DNA of 64,000 nucleotides from Actinomycetes bacterium (GTDB taxonomy: Bacteria; Actinomycetota; Actinomycetes; S36-B12). The position numbers and the translations under genes are program-made. This document shows positions 58,053 to 64,000 of the stretch, piece after piece. The stretch is from contig JAHEIZ010000006.1 in assembly GCA_024639145.1 (NCBI GenBank), positions 13,240 to 77,239 on the forward strand. Reading direction: 5' to 3'. Within the stretch, counting starts at the first letter, position 1, and every line of letters begins with the position of its first letter. The notes under the pieces are model-generated. The model was not told the origin of the DNA. It worked only from the letters and a program-made list of their open reading frames with translations, and did not search any database.

Positions 58053-58967
58053 ATGCGCCTGGGCACCCGCGCCAGCCTGCTGGCCCGCACCCAGTCGGCG
58101 ACCGTGGGCAACGCCTGGTCGAGGCAGACGGGGCAGGAGTGGGAGGAAGTCCTCATCACGACTGCCGGTGATGACACCACGGTTCCGCTGAATCAACCCG
58201 GTCAGCCCGGGGTATTCGTCTCCGCACTTCGCGCTGCGCTGCTTGCCGGCGAGGTCGACGTCATCGTCCACTCATTCAAGGACCTTCCGAGTGCTCCTGC
58301 GATCGGTATTCACCTTGCCGCCGTGCCCGAGCGCGAGGATGCCCGCGATGCGCTCGTGTCGAAGGGGAACCTGAAGCTGGATCAGCTGCCCAATGGTGCA
58401 GTGCTGGGCACGAGCTCGCCTCGACGGGCCCAGCGGATGCTCGCCCTTAGGCCCGATCTGCGCATTGAACCCATCCGGGGCAATGTCGATACGCGCATCC
58501 GCAAGGTGCGTGATGGCGAGTACGACGCCACGATCCTGGCCATTGCTGGCATGACGCGCATCGGCCGCGAGAGGGAGGCCGCGCAGATCCTCACTATCGA
58601 TCAGCTTGTACCTGCGCCCGCGCAGGGGGCGCTCGCGATCGAGTGCCGCCAAGGAGACCGAGACCTGATGGATCAACTCAAGGCACTCGGTCACAAGCAG
58701 TCCCTTCTGCGCGCCGCAGCCGAGCGCGCGGTGCTGATCGGGGTCGAGGCCGAATGCACGACTGCCGTGGGCGCTTACGCTGAAATCGACAAGAAGGGCG
58801 AGTTGACTCTCGTCGCCGAGCTCGCTGATCACAAGGGTGTCGAGTACGAGCGCCTGAGTGTGAGCGGCATGGTCAAGGATCGAGCCGATGCGCATGCTCT
58901 CGGCTTAGTCGCTGCGGCTGCGTTGCTCGGCCGTTCCTCGGCAGACCTGAACGCGGAACTCGCATGA
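58053..58967 (+). CDS. hemC: hydroxymethylbilane synthase (porphobilinogen deaminase)
   Basis: 304 aa with LGTRASLLA near the N-terminus, then HSFKDLP and RGNVDTR motifs. Confidence 0.92.
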   Translation: MRLGTRASLLARTQSATVGNAWSRQTGQEWEEVLITTAGDDTTVPLNQPGQPGVFVSALRAALLAGEVDVIVHSFKDLPSAPAIGIHLAAVPEREDARDALVSKGNLKLDQLPNGAVLGTSSPRRAQRMLALRPDLRIEPIRGNVDTRIRKVRDGEYDATILAIAGMTRIGREREAAQILTIDQLVPAPAQGALAIECRQGDRDLMDQLKALGHKQSLLRAAAERAVLIGVEAECTTAVGAYAEIDKKGELTLVAELADHKGVEYERLSVSGMVKDRADAHALGLVAAAALLGRSSADLNAELA

Positions 58968-59722
58968 ACTATCCGGTGCTGCTCATCCGCTCGGAGGGCA
59001 ATGACACGGATGTCGAGAGCCTGAACGCACGGGGAATCTCCTCGATCGATGATCCGTACGTCCGAATCGCCCCTGTCGGTGACTCGATGATGGCGCACAT
59101 GCTTGTCGAACAGCTTCGCGAGCGTGCCGATGAGCAGACCTGGTTCATCGCAACCTCGCCGATGACCATGCCTGCCTTGATCGAGCTTGTCGGCGAGCAT
59201 GTGCTGCGCGAGGCGATTGCCTCGGCGGTGGCACGCGGCGTGCATGCTGCCGCGACGGGGGAGCGCACGGCCCGAACCCTTCGTGAACTCGGCTTCCCGA
59301 CGGTGATGGTGCCGATGGTCTCCTCGGCGAAGGCTCTGGTTGAAGAGCTCGCAGATCGTCCCGCGGCTCGAGCGATGTTCCCCTGCGGAAATCTGGCTCT
59401 CGACACCTTGCCTGACGGTCTGAGGCAACTGGGCTGGCATCTCGCCCAAGTGGTGGTCTACGAGACTTCAACAGTGGCTCAGGAGCCGATGAGTGTCGAA
59501 CTCATTCGTCGCGGCGAGATCTCCGCAATCGTGCTGCGCTCACCGAGTGCGGCGCGAGCGCTCGTGCACTTCATCTCACCGCCGATCCCGATTCCCGTCA
59601 TCTGCGCCGGGAGCACGACCGCTGACGCTGCTCGCGAACTTGGGCTTGATGTCGTGGCGGTGGCGGATTCGCCAGGTCCTGGGGATGTCGCCGCAGCAGT
59701 CGCGAAGGTGCTCAGCGAGTAG
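58964..59722 (+). CDS. hemD: uroporphyrinogen-III synthase
   Basis: 252 aa with HemD-family topology and position directly after hemC (ATGA overlap). The sequence is weakly conserved, as is usual for HemD. Confidence 0.8.
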   Translation: MNYPVLLIRSEGNDTDVESLNARGISSIDDPYVRIAPVGDSMMAHMLVEQLRERADEQTWFIATSPMTMPALIELVGEHVLREAIASAVARGVHAAATGERTARTLRELGFPTVMVPMVSSAKALVEELADRPAARAMFPCGNLALDTLPDGLRQLGWHLAQVVVYETSTVAQEPMSVELIRRGEISAIVLRSPSAARALVHFISPPIPIPVICAGSTTADAARELGLDVVAVADSPGPGDVAAAVAKVLSE

Positions 59723-60386
59723 CGAGTACTCGATCGGCGATGATCTCCGCGAGTACCGGGGAATCGCCGAGAACTGAGGAGATCGCGCGGTCGCCCGCTT
59801 CCGCCTTGATGCGATCAGGGAAGACCCCGTCGAAGAGCAGGAATCGAGCAATCGCAGCCTTGTGCTCGCCTACTGATTCGAGGCGGGATAGCGCGGTTGC
59901 GACATCAGGCTGCGCCTGCGAGGCGTAGGCGACAACTACCTCGGCTCCGCGTTGCTTCGCCCATTCTGCAGCGAGTGCGTCAAACGCTGCCTGCGCCTCA
60001 AGGTCACTGGTGCCTGCCGTGGCGAGAACGACTGGTGCCTGAGCAGGAAGTTGCGAGTCGAGCACAGGCAGAAGCAGAGGATCCGGGCCGATCGGCTCGG
60101 TGATCGTGATCTCGCGATTGATCGCGGCACTGGCCTTGGCGACCTCGGCCGGCACATCCACCTTCACGTGATACGCCTTGCTGAGGAAGACAGGCACGAC
60201 CGTGATGTCGACATGGGCGGCCACGGTGAGCGCTGCCTCGGTAAGTGTCGGCGCAGTGTTGTCGAGGAAGGCCAGGCGGATCTCGTCATCGGGCAGCAGG
60301 TCGGCGACGCGACCGGCGAGTGCTGCAGCACCGATCCCGGCACGCGGATCAGGGCTGCCGTGGCCCAGCAGGATGACGGCGCTCAT
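59712..60386 (-). CDS. sirohydrochlorin chelatase (CbiX/SirB family)
   Basis: 224 aa, two CbiX half-domains, with VILLGHGSPDPRAG near the N-terminus. There is an 11-nt convergent overlap with hemD. Confidence 0.75.
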   Translation of the reverse strand: MSAVILLGHGSPDPRAGIGAAALAGRVADLLPDDEIRLAFLDNTAPTLTEAALTVAAHVDITVVPVFLSKAYHVKVDVPAEVAKASAAINREITITEPIGPDPLLLPVLDSQLPAQAPVVLATAGTSDLEAQAAFDALAAEWAKQRGAEVVVAYASQAQPDVATALSRLESVGEHKAAIARFLLFDGVFPDRIKAEAGDRAISSVLGDSPVLAEIIADRVLATR

Positions 60387-60400
60387 AGGTGAACGCTACG

Positions 60401-61618
60401 TCAGGCGTGTGAGGCGAGCTCGCTGGCGGTGAGCCAGGTGGGCACTGACACGACATCGCCCACGATGATGATTGCCGGATTAGCGATCTGTTCCACTGCA
60501 GCGATCTCAACGATGGACCCGAGGGTGCCGACCGTCACGCGCTGGTCAGGTGCGTATGCCCGCTCGATGATTGCGATCGGAGTACTCGCTGACTTGCCTC
60601 CCTGCACGAGACCGTCAACGAGTGCGCCGAGTCGACCTACGCCCATGAGCACGACGAGGGTCAGATCGGATCTCGCGGCAAGCTCGAGATCGCCGATCTC
60701 ATGGCCGCTCATCACGATGAAGCCCGTGGTGACGCCGCGGTGCGTGACAGGGATTCCTGCCGCAAGCGGCGCGCTGATTGCACTCGTGACGCCGGGAATG
60801 ACCTCGACGGTGACGCCGGCCTCGATGCAGGCGAGCATCTCCTCGGATCCGCGGCCGAGTACGAATGGGTCGCCGCCCTTCAGGCGGGCGACGCGCTTGC
60901 CCGCGCGAGCGCGATCGACCAGGAGCGCGTTGATCTCCTCCTGCTTCAGCGTGTGGTGGGTGGGCTGCTTTCCGGCATCGATTAGCTCGACGTCATCGTC
61001 GAGTGACGCCAGCAGCTCAAGCGGTGCAAGGCGGTCGTAGATCACGACGTCGGCCTTGTTGAGCTCGCGACGACCGCGGACGGTGATGAGATCGGCATCG
61101 CCGGGGCCGCCGCCGATGAGCACGACGTGCCCGTCGTGCGCGCGACGAGCCTTGACGGGCAGGTCACCCGAGCGCAGCTGCGCGGCAATGCTGCTGCGCA
61201 GCGCAACGGAGCGCCGCGGGTCAGCGGAGGTTACGGCAATCGTGACGTCATCAACCGTGGTCGATGCGGGGGTCCAGGCCTCCGAGGCGGAACGGTCATC
61301 GGCACGCACGCACCAGATGCGTTGTGCGTGGGCCTCGGCGGCGATCGCTGCATTGATCGAAGGGATATTCGTGGCAGCGTGAACCACCCATGCCTCGGCG
61401 AGATCACCCGGGGCGAACTCGCGCTGAATGATGTGCACGGAGTCACCTAGGTTCCGCATCGCCTCGCTGATCTCGGGGGAGATGACCGTGACGAGTGCGC
61501 CTGCCTCTACCAGGGTGCGCGCACGTCGTGCGGCCACGGCGCCGGCGCCGACGACAACCACCGGCTTGCCGGTGACGTCGAGGGAAAGCGGGTAACTGCT
61601 CACGTATGAAGCCCGCAC
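60401..61618 (-). CDS. cysG: fusion of precorrin-2 dehydrogenase (SirC-like N-terminal domain) and uroporphyrinogen-III C-methyltransferase
   Basis: N-terminal VVVVGAGAVAARRA Rossmann fold, C-terminal VVLIGGGPGDADLITVRG...VIYDRL SUMT motifs. Confidence 0.85.
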   Translation of the reverse strand: MRASYVSSYPLSLDVTGKPVVVVGAGAVAARRARTLVEAGALVTVISPEISEAMRNLGDSVHIIQREFAPGDLAEAWVVHAATNIPSINAAIAAEAHAQRIWCVRADDRSASEAWTPASTTVDDVTIAVTSADPRRSVALRSSIAAQLRSGDLPVKARRAHDGHVVLIGGGPGDADLITVRGRRELNKADVVIYDRLAPLELLASLDDDVELIDAGKQPTHHTLKQEEINALLVDRARAGKRVARLKGGDPFVLGRGSEEMLACIEAGVTVEVIPGVTSAISAPLAAGIPVTHRGVTTGFIVMSGHEIGDLELAARSDLTLVVLMGVGRLGALVDGLVQGGKSASTPIAIIERAYAPDQRVTVGTLGSIVEIAAVEQIANPAIIIVGDVVSVPTWLTASELASHA

Positions 61619-62322
61619 TCGTTCTTGCCCTGACCTGCCCAGCGACCGGCACGGGGGTCATCGCCGGGAGCAACGCGCTTGGTGCACGGGGCGCATCCGA
61701 TAGACGGATAGCCGTCGTACATCAGCGGGTTGACCGGTACATCGTTCTCCATCGTGTAGCGCAGCAACTGCGCCTCGCTCCAATGCAGGATCGGTGCAAT
61801 CTTGAGAACGCCGCGGCTCTCGTCGAACTGCACGACCGGAACGGCAGCACGATGCGGTGCGGTCTCATGTCGCATGCCGGTGATCCAGGCCTCGTAGCCG
61901 TGGATGAGGTTCTCCATCGGCTCGACCTTGCGCATCTTGCAGCACAGGTCGGGATCGCGCTCCCAGAGATTCGCGCCGAATTCGGCATCCTGCTCAGTCA
62001 CCGTCTGCTTCGGGGTGAGGCTGATGATGTTCAGGCTGGTGCGTGCCTGCAGGGCGTCGCGGGTCTCGATGGTCTCGGGGAAGTGGTAGCCGGTGTCGAG
62101 GAAGACCACAGGGATCTCAGGCGCGACCTGATTGATCAGGTAGGCAAGTGCCGTGTTCGCCATCGACTGGGTGAGCACTGCTTTCGTGCCGAAGGTGTTC
62201 CAGGTCCAGCGGATGATGTCGGCGGCTTGAGCGCCGGCAAGGTCGACCGCCGCGTAGCGCGCGAGGATACGGAGTTCCTCGGGCGAGCGCCTGGTTGCAG
62301 TGCCGTGCGTCACCGTACTCAC
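61600..62322 (-). CDS. cysH: adenylyl-sulfate/phosphoadenylyl-sulfate reductase, Fe-S type
   Basis: The CC...CAPC cysteines and the C-terminal ECGLH motif indicate the [4Fe-4S] APS-reductase type. The start was set at the GTG at 62322, which forms a GTGA overlap with the sulfite reductase stop. Confidence 0.88.
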   Translation of the reverse strand: MSTVTHGTATRRSPEELRILARYAAVDLAGAQAADIIRWTWNTFGTKAVLTQSMANTALAYLINQVAPEIPVVFLDTGYHFPETIETRDALQARTSLNIISLTPKQTVTEQDAEFGANLWERDPDLCCKMRKVEPMENLIHGYEAWITGMRHETAPHRAAVPVVQFDESRGVLKIAPILHWSEAQLLRYTMENDVPVNPLMYDGYPSIGCAPCTKRVAPGDDPRAGRWAGQGKNECGLHT

Positions 62323-63986
62323 TTCAGTGATCCCTCGTCTGCGCGCTGTGCCCACTCGCTGAACGACTCGTCGCCCTGGCGCTCGGCAGTGAAGTTCGTC
62401 GTCACGCGCACGACGTAGTCGGGAAGATCATCGGCCGGCAGCCGCAGGCCCTTGACCGTGCGGCCGAAGTTCGCGGCCTGGCCGATGCGGCCACCGAGGT
62501 GCACCTGGAAGCCCTCGACGTCATTGCCGTCGGCGTCAAGGGCTCGAATGCCCTTCAGGCCGATGTCGGCGACCTGAATGCGAGCGCAGGAGTTCGGGCA
62601 GCCATTGACGTGAATGGCGAGGGGCTCAGTGAAATCGGGGATACGCGCTTCGAGTTCACCGATGAGCACGCGGGCGCGACCCTTGGTCTCGACCATTGCC
62701 AGCTTGCAGAATTCAACGCCCGTGCAGGCCATCGTTCCGCGGCGGAAGTTGGTGGCATCGCCCACGCGAAGATCGAGTGCTGCGAGGCCTGCGACAAGTG
62801 CATCGACTTTGTCGCCGGGCACGTTGAGGACGACAAACTTCTGATGAGCCGTCAGGTGCACGCGATCAGCGCCCGCTGCCGCAGCGAGATCGGCGATCGC
62901 GTGCAGCTTCGTGCCACTGACACGGCCGACGATGGGGGCTGCGCCGACATAGAAGAGACCGTTGTTCTGCGGCCAGACGCCGACGTGATCACGTTCATCG
63001 ACTGAGGCCGGGGTGGGTGCTGGACCATCAAGAAGCGGACGCTTCAGGTATTCGGTCTCGAGAACCTGGCGGAACTTCTCGGCTCCCCAGTCGGAGACCA
63101 GGAACTTCAGGCGGGCCTTGGTACGCAGTCGGCGGTAGCCGTAGTCGCGGAAGATGCCGACGACTCCTGCCCAGACCTCGGGGATCTCCTCGATCGGAAC
63201 CCACGCGCCAAGGCGCACGGCCAGGTGCGGATTGGTCGACAGGCCGCCGCCGACCCAGACGTCGAAGCCGACTCCATGCTCGGGGTGAACGACGCCGAGG
63301 AAGGAGATGTCATTGATCTCGTGCGCGACGTCCATGCGTGGTGAGCCGCTCACGGCCGACTTGAACTTGCGCGGGAGGTTCGAGAACGCCGGATCGAGCA
63401 GGTACCTCGCGAGAATCGCCTCGATCGCCGGGGTGCCGTCGATGAGTTCGTCTGCGGCCACGCCTGCGACGGGCGAGCCCAGGATTACGCGCGGAACATC
63501 GCCGCATGCCTCTGCGGTCGATAGCCCCACGGCTTCAAGCCGACGCCAGATCTCCGGGACGTCCTCGATGGCAATCCAGTGCAGCTGGATGTTCTGGCGA
63601 TCCGAGATGTCGGCAGTGTCGCGACCGAACTCGACCGAGATGTCGGCAATGGTGCGCAGCTGTTCGAGAGTGAGTCGACCTCCGTCAGAGCGCACGCGCA
63701 TCATGAAGTAGGAATCCTCGAGCTCCTCGGGCTCCATGGTCGCGGTCTTGCCGCCGTCAATGCCGGGCTTGCGCTGCGTGTAGAGACCCCACCAGCGCAT
63801 GCGGCCGCGCAGATCGGAACCGGGAATCGAGTCGAAGCCCTCCTTGGAGTAGATCTCCTCGACGCGGGCACGCACGGTCAGGCCATCGGCCTCCTGCTTC
63901 ATCGCCTCATTGGGATTGAGCGGCTCGGTGCCGTCGACAGCCCACTGGCCGTTGCTCTTGGCCGGGCGCGCGGTGGTCTCGGTCAT
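62319..63986 (-). CDS. sir: ferredoxin-dependent sulfite reductase (NirA/SirA type, siroheme-[4Fe-4S])
   Basis: 555 aa with two nitrite/sulfite-reductase half-domains and the cluster cysteines ...CTGVEFCKLA... and ...NGCPNSCAR... Confidence 0.9.
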   Translation of the reverse strand: MTETTARPAKSNGQWAVDGTEPLNPNEAMKQEADGLTVRARVEEIYSKEGFDSIPGSDLRGRMRWWGLYTQRKPGIDGGKTATMEPEELEDSYFMMRVRSDGGRLTLEQLRTIADISVEFGRDTADISDRQNIQLHWIAIEDVPEIWRRLEAVGLSTAEACGDVPRVILGSPVAGVAADELIDGTPAIEAILARYLLDPAFSNLPRKFKSAVSGSPRMDVAHEINDISFLGVVHPEHGVGFDVWVGGGLSTNPHLAVRLGAWVPIEEIPEVWAGVVGIFRDYGYRRLRTKARLKFLVSDWGAEKFRQVLETEYLKRPLLDGPAPTPASVDERDHVGVWPQNNGLFYVGAAPIVGRVSGTKLHAIADLAAAAGADRVHLTAHQKFVVLNVPGDKVDALVAGLAALDLRVGDATNFRRGTMACTGVEFCKLAMVETKGRARVLIGELEARIPDFTEPLAIHVNGCPNSCARIQVADIGLKGIRALDADGNDVEGFQVHLGGRIGQAANFGRTVKGLRLPADDLPDYVVRVTTNFTAERQGDESFSEWAQRADEGSLK

Positions 63987-64000
63987 GTCATCCCTTGTTG

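Overview
This is a high-GC actinobacterial chromosomal segment. Hand counts of 60-nt lines give about 65-72% GC in most genes. It is densely coding, with about 70 CDS, 4 tRNAs and 1 riboswitch. I found no rRNA, CRISPR array, transposase, integrase or phage genes.

Layout, left to right:
- (a) A conserved core block: add, PNP, lpdA-like, LemA/HtpX, accA-maf-accE-accD, birA, purK-purE, ltrA, ugd, fadE. From memory its order resembles the mycobacterial Rv3273-Rv3313 region.
- (b) A five-gene, translationally coupled glycosyltransferase operon that includes a GT2/TagF-like fusion.
- (c) tRNA-Leu, then a metal ABC importer operon with bcp.
- (d) A SAM-I riboswitch in front of a ThrC-like / CysO-like / rhodanese operon.
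- (e) A copper-handling cluster (YcnI plus two CopC).
- (f) A group of secreted proteins around tRNA-Lys: a Tat sulfatase, a pepsin-like protein, an SGNH hydrolase and a Cys-repeat protein.
- (g) cysE-cysK, tRNA-His, orn, plsC, tesB and an esterase.
- (h) A lower-GC islet abutting the 3-prime end of tRNA-Arg(UCU). It carries a 700-aa highly charged orphan ORF, a TauE-like permease and a signal-peptide-bearing acetolactate-decarboxylase homolog.
- (i) A contiguous heme (coproporphyrin-dependent) / siroheme / sulfate-reduction supercluster.

Most worth a second look:
- the riboswitch-controlled ThrC-like/sulfur-carrier operon;
- the 700-aa orphan and its islet;
- the bacterial pepsin-like protein coupled to the sulfatase.

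All calls rest on reading the supplied translations and sequence by eye. No database search was run. The many long antisense ORFs in the track are treated as high-GC artefacts.
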